From positions 1 through 53,247 of the forward strand of contig DASUUR010000050.1 of NCBI GenBank assembly GCA_036373975.1: a stretch of DNA of 53,247 nucleotides. Reading direction: 5' to 3'. Positions 1-9,069 of this stretch are shown here, in pieces. This DNA comes from Candidatus Saccharimonadales bacterium. GTDB taxonomy: Bacteria > Patescibacteriota > Saccharimonadia > Saccharimonadales > Saccharimonadaceae. The notes beneath the pieces were generated by a model. That model saw only the letters and a list, made by a program, of their open reading frames with translations, was not told the origin of the DNA and searched no databases. The position numbers and the translations under genes were made by a program. Within the stretch, counting starts at the first letter, position 1. Each line of letters begins with the position of its first letter.

Positions 1-135
1 TTCTTCGATGTGGCGTTTGTGTTCTGTGATGGCGTCGGTCGTACAATCCGGTATAGCTCCGGCCCGCTGAACTCCCACGTACACATCCCGTTGAGGGGTG
101 GACGTATGGCGGAGTTCAAATCGAGGCGCAGCCAT
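1..135 (-). CDS. hypothetical protein, N-terminal fragment running off the window edge (MAAPRFELRHTSTPQRDVYVGVQRAG...); second gene of a two-gene GC-rich module
   Basis: ATG at 135 is preceded by AGGAGG and lies 13 nt after the stop of the 149..331 ORF. The frame stays open to position 1. Confidence 0.4.
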   Translation of the reverse strand, partial: MAAPRFELRHTSTPQRDVYVGVQRAGAIPDCTTDAITEHKRHIEE

Positions 136-148
136 AGTGCCTCCTGGG

Positions 149-331
149 TTACGGTTTGACGCCGAGCTTTTCCATCAGCCGCACCCAGCGCTCTTGGTCG
201 CTCATGGTCCAGTACTTGAGCCGGCCGACTTCCTTGATGATCTCTGTCTCGGCAGCCAGGACTTCAGCGTCACTTCTTTCGGAGTGAATCGCGTACAGAA
301 CAACTTGGCCTTCATCTAGCTTTCGGGGCAT
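149..331 (-). CDS. hypothetical 60-aa protein, GC3-rich
   Basis: ORF-track ORF with GAGGAGG upstream of the ATG. By my count 41 of 60 codons end in G/C. I recognise no family motif. Confidence 0.5.
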   Translation of the reverse strand: MPRKLDEGQVVLYAIHSERSDAEVLAAETEIIKEVGRLKYWTMSDQERWVRLMEKLGVKP

Positions 332-421
332 CGCTCCTCCTCGTGTGGTAGGGCTAGTTCCACAGTATATTCCCTAGATTGGTGGAGTACAAGCTTTACT
401 GTTCCATTTTTGACTTATATC

Positions 422-430
422 TGTTACAAT
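422..430 (+). promoter_or_regulatory. extended -10 element (TGtTACAAT) upstream of rpsB, giving a leader of about 85 nt
   Basis: Sequence match to the TGnTAnAAT consensus. The leader contains a CTCTCGCC/GGCAGAGAG hairpin before the GAGGAG SD. Confidence 0.4.
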
Positions 431-519
431 CTGTTCGTTACCAGTTATAAATGACACAGCTTATGCGCATATCCTCTCGCCTAAGGGCAGAGAGCATAAG
501 TGAGGAGAAAGGATTACTC

Positions 520-1233
520 ATGGCAGTATCTGTCGATGTTAAGGCTCTACTGGCAGCCGGGCTACATTTTGGCCACAAGACCAGTCGTTGGCACCCTAAA
601 ATGGCGCCATATATTCATAGCAAGCGTCAAGACAGCCACATCATTGACCTTATTCAGACCGCTGAAGGGCTTGAGAAAGCACTTGCGTTTATGAGCGAGG
701 TTGTTGCTAGCGGGAAGCAGGTGCTTTTTGTTGGTACAAAGCGTCAAGCAAAAGATCTCGTTAGGGCCGCGGCCGAACAGGCCGGTCAGCCCTACGTGAC
801 CGAACGCTGGTTAGGCGGTGTCTTAACCAACGTCGCCACAATTAGTGGTCAGGTTAAGAACTTGAAAAGTCTTGAAAAGCGCATGGACAGCGGTGAGCTC
901 GCCAATCGCTACAACAAGCTTGAGGTGCAGCGCTTCCAAGAAGAAATCGATAGCCTCAATCTAAAATATGGTGGCATCAAAGACCTCAACGGTAAACCGG
1001 GCGCGGTGTTCATTATTGATGTTCCAACCGAACAAAATGCAATTCGCGAAGCTAAAAAACTTGGCATTCCTATAGTTGCACTTGTTGATACCAATGCCGA
1101 TCCAAGCCAGATTGACTACGTGATTCCTGGCAACGATGATGCGATCAAGGGCCTCCAACTTATCCTTGACTACGCCACCCAGGCCATCCAAGAAGCTACT
1201 AGCAAAAAAGCAAAAGCTGAACCTAAAGCCTAA
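520..1233 (+). CDS. rpsB: 30S ribosomal protein S2
   Basis: The N-terminus from the ATG at 520 (MAVSVDVKALLAAGLHFGHKTSRWHPKM) is canonical for S2. GAGGAG SD lies upstream. The ORF-track start at 451 is probably too early. Confidence 0.95.
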   Translation: MAVSVDVKALLAAGLHFGHKTSRWHPKMAPYIHSKRQDSHIIDLIQTAEGLEKALAFMSEVVASGKQVLFVGTKRQAKDLVRAAAEQAGQPYVTERWLGGVLTNVATISGQVKNLKSLEKRMDSGELANRYNKLEVQRFQEEIDSLNLKYGGIKDLNGKPGAVFIIDVPTEQNAIREAKKLGIPIVALVDTNADPSQIDYVIPGNDDAIKGLQLILDYATQAIQEATSKKAKAEPKA

Positions 1234-1239
1234 GGAGTA

Positions 1240-1836
1240 ATGAGCATGAGTGTCTCTCTTGAAGATGTTAAAAAACTAAAAGAACTTACTGGCGTGGGCC
1301 TAAGTGATGCAAAAGTTGCCCTTACTGAATCCAATGGTGATTTCGATAAGGCACTTGAAGCCATGCGTAAAAAAGGTCTCACTAAGGCCGAGAAAAAGGG
1401 TGAGCGTGAAGCTCGCGAAGGTCTGATTGACGCTTACGTGCACAGCAATCGCATCGGCGCATTAGTAGAAGTTAACTGTGAAACCGATTTTGTTGCTCGT
1501 ACCGAAGATTTCAAGGCACTTGTACATGATATCGCCTTGCACGTTTCGGCAGCAGCACCTTTGTATATCTCTCTCGAGGACGTACCCGCCGCTGAGATGG
1601 AACGCAAAACCGCAGAATTTACCGAAAAAGCCCAAGCAGAAGGTAAACCTGCGGATATTGCTGCGAAAATTGTTGAAGGTCAAATCAAGAAGTACTTTGC
1701 CGAGCAAACTCTGCTTGAGCAACCCTTTATTAAGAACCCCGACATCACCGTTGGACAATATGTTAAAGAGCATATTGCTCGCTTAGGCGAGAACATTGTT
1801 GTTCGCCAAATCAAGCGTATTGAACTCGGCGCCTAG
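1240..1836 (+). CDS. tsf: translation elongation factor Ts (short form)
   Basis: UBA-like N-terminus (VKKLKELTGVGLSDAKVALTESNGDFDKALEAMRKKG) and the EVNCETDFVAR motif. The ATG at 1246 has better SD spacing than 1240. Confidence 0.95.
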   Translation: MSMSVSLEDVKKLKELTGVGLSDAKVALTESNGDFDKALEAMRKKGLTKAEKKGEREAREGLIDAYVHSNRIGALVEVNCETDFVARTEDFKALVHDIALHVSAAAPLYISLEDVPAAEMERKTAEFTEKAQAEGKPADIAAKIVEGQIKKYFAEQTLLEQPFIKNPDITVGQYVKEHIARLGENIVVRQIKRIELGA

Positions 1837-1861
1837 CTGTCGCAGTTGTAATTACCCCAAG

Positions 1862-1884
1862 AACCGCCGAACAGGCGGTTTTTT
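1862..1884 (+). terminator. rho-independent terminator after tsf
   Basis: AACCGCC-gaaca-GGCGGTT stem-loop followed by a T-run. Confidence 0.7.
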
Positions 1885-1911
1885 GGTGTATCCAGTGGTA
1901 TACTTAAGGAT

Positions 1912-2466
1912 ATGTTTGATACGACACCCTACGAAGATCGCATTGCACTTGCAATCGCACATTTTGAAGATGAACTTAAAAAGATTCGCACCGGTCGCGC
2001 TCACCCTAGTATGCTCGATGGAATAATGGTTGAAACCTACGGTGTGAAAATGCCGCTCAATCAAGTGGCGAATATTCTGGCCCCCGAGCCTCAGATGCTG
2101 CAGGTGAGCCCATTTGACCAGAACAATGTTAAGGCAATTAGCGAAGCAATTCGCAACGACCAAGGGCTTGGTTTTAACCCGAGCGACGATGGCCGGATTG
2201 TCCGGGTGCCTGTGCCGCCGCTTACTGAGGAACGTCGCCTTCAACTTGTAAAGCAGCTTGGCGGCAAGGTAGAGGACTGCCGTATAGCAATCCGGAATAT
2301 TCGCCAGGATGCCCTAAAAGATGCCAAGGCTAAAAAAGAGAGCAAAGAACTCTCCGAGGATGCGTTGAAGCGCGTAGAGAAATTATTTGACACTAAGATG
2401 GCCGAGGCGCAGGCTCAAATCGACAGTATTATGCGAGCCAAAGAGCAAGAGGTGATGACGGTCTAA
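1912..2466 (+). CDS. frr: ribosome recycling factor
   Basis: 184 aa; the LKKIRTGRAHPSMLD and VRVPVPPLTEERR motifs are typical of RRF. Confidence 0.95.
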   Translation: MFDTTPYEDRIALAIAHFEDELKKIRTGRAHPSMLDGIMVETYGVKMPLNQVANILAPEPQMLQVSPFDQNNVKAISEAIRNDQGLGFNPSDDGRIVRVPVPPLTEERRLQLVKQLGGKVEDCRIAIRNIRQDALKDAKAKKESKELSEDALKRVEKLFDTKMAEAQAQIDSIMRAKEQEVMTV

Positions 2467-3164
2467 TGCAAACTTCCGATGCAGCCGTTCCAACACATAT
2501 CGGCTATATCGTCGATGGCAATCGCCGTTGGGCGAAGAAGCATGGCATCCCTTCATACGAAGGGCATCTTGCAGGATACAATACCATTAAGGACATTGTA
2601 AAGTTTACAACCAAGCAAGGTGTAAAATTCGTTTCAATCTATGTATTCTCAACCGAAAACTGGCGCCGTGAACAAGAAGAAGTAGCAAACTTGATGAAGC
2701 TCAGTCTGCGAGTATTTAAGACCGATCTTAAAGAGTTTATTGATGAAAACTTACGTTTACGAGTGCTCGGCTCCCGCGAGGGCTTGAGCGATTCGCTGTT
2801 AAAGGCCATCGACGAAGCAGAAAAGGCCACCGCACACTTAACCGGTGGAACAATTTGCATCTGCTTTAACTACGGTGGGTGGCAGGAAGTAGTCGATGCC
2901 ACAAAAGCCGCAATCGCTGACGGCGTATCCCCCGAGGCCTTAACCGAAGAAGCTATAGCCCAACACCTGTATGCTGCAGATGTCCCGCCTGTGGACATGG
3001 TTGTACGCACCAGTGGCGAGCAGCGTTTAAGTAACTTTATGTTATGGCGCACGGCCTATAGCGAACTGCTATTCTTAGAAAAATTTTGGCCAGAAATGAC
3101 AACTGACGACGTGGCTGCTATTATAGCTGAGTATCAAAAACGTTCGCGTCGCTTTGGAGGGTAG
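2466..3164 (+). CDS. uppS: isoprenyl transferase / undecaprenyl diphosphate synthase
   Basis: DGNRRWA motif, RTSGEQRLSNFMLW motif, and a 1-nt overlap with the frr stop. Confidence 0.95.
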   Translation: MQTSDAAVPTHIGYIVDGNRRWAKKHGIPSYEGHLAGYNTIKDIVKFTTKQGVKFVSIYVFSTENWRREQEEVANLMKLSLRVFKTDLKEFIDENLRLRVLGSREGLSDSLLKAIDEAEKATAHLTGGTICICFNYGGWQEVVDATKAAIADGVSPEALTEEAIAQHLYAADVPPVDMVVRTSGEQRLSNFMLWRTAYSELLFLEKFWPEMTTDDVAAIIAEYQKRSRRFGG

Positions 3165-4331
3165 ATGGACATACTTGGAGTATTAAATTTTGCAATTTCA
3201 GTTGCTCTTGGCATACTGATCCTTGTTATTTTAGTTGTTGTTCACGAGCTTGGACATGCCATCGCCGCTCGCCGGAATGGCGTGGTAGTCGAGGAGTTTG
3301 GCATTGGCTTTCCGCCGCGTGCTTGGTCTAAAAAGCTTAAGAATGGTGTGCTGTTTACGCTCAACTGGCTGCCGCTTGGTGGTTTTGTAAAGTTACAGGG
3401 CGAGAACGATTCTGCTACTAAACAAGGTGATTATGGGGCGGCCAACCTATGGGTAAAAGCCAAGATTTTGCTGGCTGGCGTCGGTATCAATTGGCTCGTT
3501 GCTGCACTAATATTTACCGTGCTCGCTATAACCGGTATGCCTAAGGTGATTGATAATCAATTTACGGTGGCTGGTGACACACAAGAAGTTCGCGATCCTG
3601 TGACACTGACGGGTGTAGCGGGTGGTTCCCCAGCAGCGCAAGCTGGGCTCAAGAAAGGTGATGAGATTCTGCGTTTTAATGGCGAACCTATTCCATCCCC
3701 TGAGGCCTTGTTGTCATTTACTAATCGGAATAAGGGTAAGCAGGCCGAGATAATTTATAAGCGTGACGGTCGGGAGTCGATTGCTCGCCCCGTACTGCGC
3801 GATAGCCAAAAGCCTGGCGAGGGTCCATTAGGTGTCACGACGGCACAACAAACCGTGTACCATTCAACATGGTCGGCGCCAATTGTTGGTGTTGCAACGA
3901 CTGTGCAGTTTACCGCCACAACGCTTAACGGGTTAGGGGAAATGGTTGGTAACTTGGTAAAAGGGCTTGCACTCCAGCTTAATATCTTTGATGAGAAGGC
4001 GCGCACAGAAGGTAGCCAGGCCTTACAAAAAGCTGGTGATGATGTTGCGGGTCCAGTAGGCATACTGGGGGTTATTTTCCCGGCTGCACGTGACGCCGGT
4101 CTTACATCGCTATTACTGTTGACTGGTATCGTGTCACTCACGCTTGCGGTTATGAATGCGCTGCCGATCCCTGCGCTCGATGGTGGCCGACTCTTTGTGA
4201 CATTGCTATTCCGTGCCCTCAAAAAGCCCCTCACAAAAGAGCGGGAAGAGTCAATTCATGGCACTGGATTCCTTGTGCTGATGCTGCTTGTATTGATCAT
4301 AACAATATCTGATGTCGGTAGACTCTTCTAG
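3165..4331 (+). CDS. rseP: RIP metalloprotease (site-2 protease, M50 family) with PDZ domain
   Basis: HELGH zinc motif in the first TM segment, a PDZ-like GLKKGDEIL segment, and the C-terminal NALPIPALDGG motif. Confidence 0.9.
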   Translation: MDILGVLNFAISVALGILILVILVVVHELGHAIAARRNGVVVEEFGIGFPPRAWSKKLKNGVLFTLNWLPLGGFVKLQGENDSATKQGDYGAANLWVKAKILLAGVGINWLVAALIFTVLAITGMPKVIDNQFTVAGDTQEVRDPVTLTGVAGGSPAAQAGLKKGDEILRFNGEPIPSPEALLSFTNRNKGKQAEIIYKRDGRESIARPVLRDSQKPGEGPLGVTTAQQTVYHSTWSAPIVGVATTVQFTATTLNGLGEMVGNLVKGLALQLNIFDEKARTEGSQALQKAGDDVAGPVGILGVIFPAARDAGLTSLLLLTGIVSLTLAVMNALPIPALDGGRLFVTLLFRALKKPLTKEREESIHGTGFLVLMLLVLIITISDVGRLF

Positions 4332-5067
4332 CTTGCCAGGTACGTTCTTTGCGCAGCACCCTGTACTGCGCGCAGCACAACTTGTAGTGTGGACGTACGC
4401 AGGGTTTCTGGTGGCCCAGTATGCGGTGGGCTTTATTGTCGCCGGACTGCTGTTTCTGCATGTACCCTTACGTGAACTAGGGGATGCGGGCTTCTCGGTT
4501 GTTGTGACGGCGCTTGTGTATCTGGTATCGCTGTTGCTTGTGGTTGGTGTGCCGGCCTTGTTTAAGCAATGGGAGAGCGTCAAAGCTTTTGCGCGATTAG
4601 TGGGGTTGATTCATAAGCCAAAATTGCGATATCTAGCGTTTACCCCGGCTATATATGTGCTGTACTTCTTTGTCGCCGGTGCGTTGATTACAATCATTGC
4701 GCAATTATCACCAGGGTTTGATCCGGGCGAGGCCCAAAACGTGGGCTTCGAAAACATAACACACCTATGGGAATATATTGCGGCTTTTGTGGCTCTAGTG
4801 ATATGCGCACCAATTGCCGAGGAGCTGCTCTTCAGAGGTTTCTTATTTGGCTCTTTGCGTGAAAGGCTTGCGTTTTGGCCCAGTACTCTGCTTGTAAGCG
4901 GCCTGTTTGGTTTTGTACACGGCCAATGGAATGTTGCAATCGATACCTTTTTGCTGAGTGGAGCGTTATGTTACTTGCGTGAACGCTCGCAATCTTTGTG
5001 GCCTGCAATTCTGCTTCACATGATCAAAAATGGCGTTGCATACTATTTTCTCTTTGTGCAACTGTGA
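4312..5067 (+). CDS. CPBP family intramembrane glutamic endopeptidase (CAAX protease-like)
   Basis: EELLFRG, FGFVHG and HMIKN motifs in a polytopic membrane protein. The start is uncertain. Confidence 0.8.
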   Translation: MSVDSSSLPGTFFAQHPVLRAAQLVVWTYAGFLVAQYAVGFIVAGLLFLHVPLRELGDAGFSVVVTALVYLVSLLLVVGVPALFKQWESVKAFARLVGLIHKPKLRYLAFTPAIYVLYFFVAGALITIIAQLSPGFDPGEAQNVGFENITHLWEYIAAFVALVICAPIAEELLFRGFLFGSLRERLAFWPSTLLVSGLFGFVHGQWNVAIDTFLLSGALCYLRERSQSLWPAILLHMIKNGVAYYFLFVQL

Positions 5068-5087
5068 CCTTTGTGTAGAATGAACAC

Positions 5088-6338
5088 ATGCGACTATCTA
5101 CACTTTTCACTAAAACAAGCAAAACAGCCCCAGCTGACGAGCAAGCAAAGAATGCCCAGCTGCTTATTCGGGCTGGCTTTATCCACAAGGAGATGGCCGG
5201 TGTTTATGCTTATTTACCGTTAGGTGTAAAAGTAATCGAAAACATCAAAAAAATCGTCCGCGAAGAAATGAACGCAATCGGCGGCCAAGAAGTCATGATG
5301 ACCGCCCTCCAGCCCAGAGACATCTTTGAAAAGACTGATCGCTGGGATGACGCCAAAGTTGATAACTGGTTTAAAACAAAGCTAGCAAACGGTACGGAGC
5401 TGGGCTTAGGGCTAACGCACGAAGAGCCGATTGTCGACGCCTTGGCACCTTACGTTAATTCATACAAAGATCTACCTATTTTTGTCTATCAAATCCAAAA
5501 TAAGTTTCGGAATGAATTGCGCGCCAAGAGCGGATTGCTACGTGGCCGCGAATTTATAATGAAGGACATGTATTCGCTCGCCCGCTCGCAAGAAGAGCAT
5601 ATTGAACTTTACGAACGAGCGGCCCAAGCATATCAGCGTGTTTACGATCGTTTGGGCATTGGCGATATTACTTACCGTACGGCGGCCGACGGAGGTATTT
5701 TTACGAGGCGCTTTAGTGACGAATTCCAGACGCTTAGTGATATTGGCGAGGATACAATTTACGTTGATGAAGAGAAGCGCCTTGCGATTAACGAAGAAGT
5801 CTACACCGATGAAAATCTCGCCAAGCTCGGCCTCGACAAGACGAAGCTCGTTAAGAAGAAGGGTGTAGAAGTCGGGAATATCTTCCCGCTCGAAACTAAG
5901 TATACAGATGCGCTCGATGTTTATTATGCCAACGAAAGTGGTAATAAGCAGCAAATCATTATGGGGTGTTATGGGATTGGTATCAGTAGATTGATGGGCG
6001 TAATTGCTGAAAAATTTGCCGATGATAAGGGTTTGGTCTGGCCAGAAGCAGTCGCACCTGCTACAGTATATTTAGTCAGGATTGGAGATGGCGCAGAGGT
6101 GACAGCATGCGCTGACAACCTTTACGAAGAACTTTCTAAAAAAGGTGTGATGGTGCTCTACGATGATCGAGATATGCGTCCGGGTGAGAAATTCGCTGAC
6201 GCAGAGCTTATGGGTATTCCGCACAGAGTAGTGGTGAGCGAACGGCTTATTGCTACAAAAAGCTTTGAATATGTATCGCGAACGTCGGGCGAAAAGCAAG
6301 TGTTGACGCGGCCTGAACTACTTGCTAAACTAACGTAA
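5088..6338 (+). CDS. proS: proline--tRNA ligase, short form without a full INS editing insertion
   Basis: Class II motif 2 (FRNELRAKSGLLRGREFIMKDMYS), the GCYGIGISR motif and a C-terminal anticodon-binding domain; 416 aa. Confidence 0.9.
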   Translation: MRLSTLFTKTSKTAPADEQAKNAQLLIRAGFIHKEMAGVYAYLPLGVKVIENIKKIVREEMNAIGGQEVMMTALQPRDIFEKTDRWDDAKVDNWFKTKLANGTELGLGLTHEEPIVDALAPYVNSYKDLPIFVYQIQNKFRNELRAKSGLLRGREFIMKDMYSLARSQEEHIELYERAAQAYQRVYDRLGIGDITYRTAADGGIFTRRFSDEFQTLSDIGEDTIYVDEEKRLAINEEVYTDENLAKLGLDKTKLVKKKGVEVGNIFPLETKYTDALDVYYANESGNKQQIIMGCYGIGISRLMGVIAEKFADDKGLVWPEAVAPATVYLVRIGDGAEVTACADNLYEELSKKGVMVLYDDRDMRPGEKFADAELMGIPHRVVVSERLIATKSFEYVSRTSGEKQVLTRPELLAKLT

Positions 6339-6403
6339 CCTGCAAAAGCCACAAACTAAAAGTTGCAGCATACCCCTGAATATGAACATGATTTCGAATG
6401 AGT

Positions 6404-6427
6404 AAATAGTGCCGGGTGGCACTATTT
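6404..6427 (+). terminator. hairpin downstream of proS (possible terminator)
   Basis: AAATAGTGCC-GGGT-GGCACTATTT, a perfect 10-bp stem. Confidence 0.5.
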
Positions 6428-6450
6428 CCCTGTGAAAGGAGATTAATCTA

Positions 6451-6906
6451 ATGAAAAAACAATACCAGCTTACCCTTGAAGGTAAAAAAGAACTTGAACT
6501 CGAGCTTGAAGAACTAAAAAGTCGACGTGTTGAGGCGGCTGAGCGAATTGCTAACGCTCGTGACTACGGTGACCTGCGTGAAAACACTGAATACGATTCT
6601 GCCCGCGAAGAGCAAGCTCGCCAAGAGACTCGTATTGCCGAGATCGAAGAGATCTTGCTAAATGCCGAAATTATTACGCACACTAAATCGACGAAGATCC
6701 ATGTGGGCTCTAAGGTAGAGCTTAAGGTAAAAGGCAAGAAAGTTGTCTACACAATCGTTGGCCCAGTTGAGGCTGACCCACTCGAAGGTAAGATATCTGA
6801 CGAGTCGCCAATTGGTGCCGCATTGATTGGCAAAAAAGTAGGGGATTCTGTAACTATTGAGACGCCAAAGGGTAAGGTTACCTACGAAATCGTTGCGATT
6901 GGTTAA
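6451..6906 (+). CDS. greA: transcription elongation factor GreA
   Basis: GDLRENTEYDSAREEQ motif, 151 aa, GAAAGGAG SD. Confidence 0.95.
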   Translation: MKKQYQLTLEGKKELELELEELKSRRVEAAERIANARDYGDLRENTEYDSAREEQARQETRIAEIEEILLNAEIITHTKSTKIHVGSKVELKVKGKKVVYTIVGPVEADPLEGKISDESPIGAALIGKKVGDSVTIETPKGKVTYEIVAIG

Positions 6907-6930
6907 AAATTGTATTCAATCGTGAACACT

Positions 6931-6951
6931 GATGGCGCCTTGGGCGCTATC
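6931..6951 (+). terminator. hairpin after greA followed by T-rich tract
   Basis: GATGGCGCC-ttg-GGCGCTATC stem with one G-U pair, then CTTTGT. Confidence 0.5.
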
Positions 6952-7009
6952 TTTGTATCTGATATAATAAAAACGCTCTTAATACACTGAAAGTAAGAAG
7001 TAAAACACT

Positions 7010-8572
7010 ATGGCGACATTGAAAGAATTGCGTGCTGAGCGCTTACGAAAACTCGAAGATCTTACAGCGCTGGGCGTACCGGCGTATCCGGCTGTATCTC
7101 GTCGAACCCACAAAACAGGGGATATAATCGCTAATTTTGATTCACACCAAGGCTCAACCGTTGTGGTTGCGGGCCGCATTGTTGGTATCCGCAAGTTCGG
7201 GAAATTGGCTTTCGTGGTGCTAAAAGACGCCAGCGGCAGTATTCAGCTCTTTCTCACCGAGAAGGGCATGACGCCGGCTGCGTCTTTGAGCTTACCTGGC
7301 GAAGAGACCGCCCCGCTCATAAATCGTCAGAACAGTGAGCTTGCTTTCGGTGATCTACCACTCCTTGATACCGGTGACTTTTTAGAAGCAACCGGTGAAG
7401 TAGTCAGGACAAAAACTGGCGAGATCTCCATTGCCGTAAAAGAAATGCGCCTACTCACTAAGAGCCTGAGGCCGTTGCCCCTGGAACGCGAAGGCTTTAC
7501 GAACAAAGAGGAACGCCTCCGCCGGCGCTATGTTGATACCAATGTAAATCCAGATGTTTATCAGCGCTATATTCGGCGCAGTAACTTTTGGCAGGCAGTA
7601 CGTCAGTACCTGATTCTGAATGAGTTTATTGAAATCAATACCCCTGTGCTTGAATTAACGACCGGTGGTGCTGATGCTACCCCGTTTGTAACGCACATGG
7701 ACGCACTTGATCAGGACTTCTATCTGCGCATAAGCCACGAGTTGCCCCTAAAACGCCTGCTTGTAGGGGGGTACGAGAAAGTCTTTGACATTGGTCCGCG
7801 CTTTCGTAATGAAAATTATTCCGATGAGCATCTTCCTGAACATGTGGCGATGGAATGGTATTGGGCCTATGCCGACTGGGAGAAAGGTATGCAGCTTACC
7901 GAGGAACTAGTGCGTTATCTTGCCGACAAGACTTGGGGAAAGCGACAGTTTACGCTTGCTAATGGCCAAGAGATTGATCTTGGGGCAGATGGTGAAACCT
8001 GGCCACGAATTAGTTTTGTTGAAGTGATCAAGGAACGTTATGGGCTTGATGTCTTTACGGCTAGTCTTGACGAGGTAAAAGCCCAGCTTGCAAAGCACAA
8101 TATTGAGGTAGAAAAGCAAGATAATCGAGCGCGTGGAATCGATAAGCTATGGAAAAAAATCCGTCCGACAATTGCTGGCCCGGCTTTTCTTGTAGACATC
8201 CCCACATTCTTGCAGCCGCTTGCCAAAACACAGCCTGGCAAACCTGAACTAACCGAGCAGTTCAATCTCTTGCTTGGTGGTTCCGAGCAAGGTAAGGCGT
8301 ATTCTGAACTTAATGACCCGCAGGAGCAACTAGCGCGCTTTGTCGAGCAGCAGGCCATGCGCGACGCCGGGGACGACGAAGCTCAAATGCTTGATATCGA
8401 TTACGTTGAGGCCCTGGAATACGGCATGCCACCAGCCTGTGGATTTGGTTTTAGTGAGCGCTTGTTCTGGTCACTTGAAGGAGTCACGGCGCGCGAAGGG
8501 GTAGTATTCCCGCAGCTGCGCCGTGAAGTTGATGAGGTGACCAAAGCCCTCTATCCTGAGCTACATCTGTAG
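7010..8572 (+). CDS. lysS: lysine--tRNA ligase (class II)
   Basis: OB-fold N-terminus, FRNENYSDEHLPE motif 2 region, and C-terminal GFGFSERL motif 3 region. Confidence 0.95.
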   Translation: MATLKELRAERLRKLEDLTALGVPAYPAVSRRTHKTGDIIANFDSHQGSTVVVAGRIVGIRKFGKLAFVVLKDASGSIQLFLTEKGMTPAASLSLPGEETAPLINRQNSELAFGDLPLLDTGDFLEATGEVVRTKTGEISIAVKEMRLLTKSLRPLPLEREGFTNKEERLRRRYVDTNVNPDVYQRYIRRSNFWQAVRQYLILNEFIEINTPVLELTTGGADATPFVTHMDALDQDFYLRISHELPLKRLLVGGYEKVFDIGPRFRNENYSDEHLPEHVAMEWYWAYADWEKGMQLTEELVRYLADKTWGKRQFTLANGQEIDLGADGETWPRISFVEVIKERYGLDVFTASLDEVKAQLAKHNIEVEKQDNRARGIDKLWKKIRPTIAGPAFLVDIPTFLQPLAKTQPGKPELTEQFNLLLGGSEQGKAYSELNDPQEQLARFVEQQAMRDAGDDEAQMLDIDYVEALEYGMPPACGFGFSERLFWSLEGVTAREGVVFPQLRREVDEVTKALYPELHL

Positions 8573-8839
8573 TTATTTCTTCTTGCTGTCTTCGTGCCGC
8601 TTGACCACAATGGTGCATTCGGTTACAAGTGCGGCGACTGCACCAACCGCGGCGAGCATAGGTGCGAATACTGCGCCAACTACGCCCACGGTCACCGGCA
8701 GCTCAACGAGTGTTTTGCCTTCTTTGTCGTTGATTATAATGCGGCGTACATTGCCCTCTTTGATCAGCTCTTTGACTTTTGCAATCAGCTGGTCGCCATT
8801 AATTTTGAATTCTTCGGTTTTGTGCTTTTGTTCACTCAT
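8573..8839 (-). CDS. DUF4342-like small protein
   Basis: MSEQKHKTEEFKINGDQLIAKVKELIKEGNVRRIIINDKEGKTLVELPVTVGVVGAV resembles DUF4342. The start is set at the internal ATG (8839), which has a TATACT hexamer 6 nt upstream. Confidence 0.65.
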   Translation of the reverse strand: MSEQKHKTEEFKINGDQLIAKVKELIKEGNVRRIIINDKEGKTLVELPVTVGVVGAVFAPMLAAVGAVAALVTECTIVVKRHEDSKKK

Positions 8840-8931
8840 GCTTTTAGTATAAACGATATATGTGCGTAATATTGCAAAATAGCTGAGCATAGAAGGGAAG
8901 AAAACTTAGATATGTGTATATATTACTCATC

Positions 8932-8959
8932 TTGACACTATAAACCGACCTGCTACAAT
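8932..8959 (+). promoter_or_regulatory. near-consensus sigma70-type promoter (TTGACA-16 nt-TACAAT)
   Basis: TTGACA at 8932..8937 and TACAAT at 8954..8959. It sits about 110 nt upstream of the deaminase ATG. Confidence 0.5.
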
Positions 8960-9069
8960 CAAAAGCCTCGTAACTATATTGTGCTTTTTGGCGGTGGCGT
9001 GATATGCTGCTTCTTTATACGGAATGAGTATTCCGTAATCGTTAGTGCACATATTGTATACTGGCATTT

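Noticed and set aside
3755-4583. 159-aa and 110-aa minus-strand ORFs
   Set aside because: They are antisense to the rseP and CPBP protease genes. Their Ser/Pro/Thr-rich composition is typical of non-coding frames.
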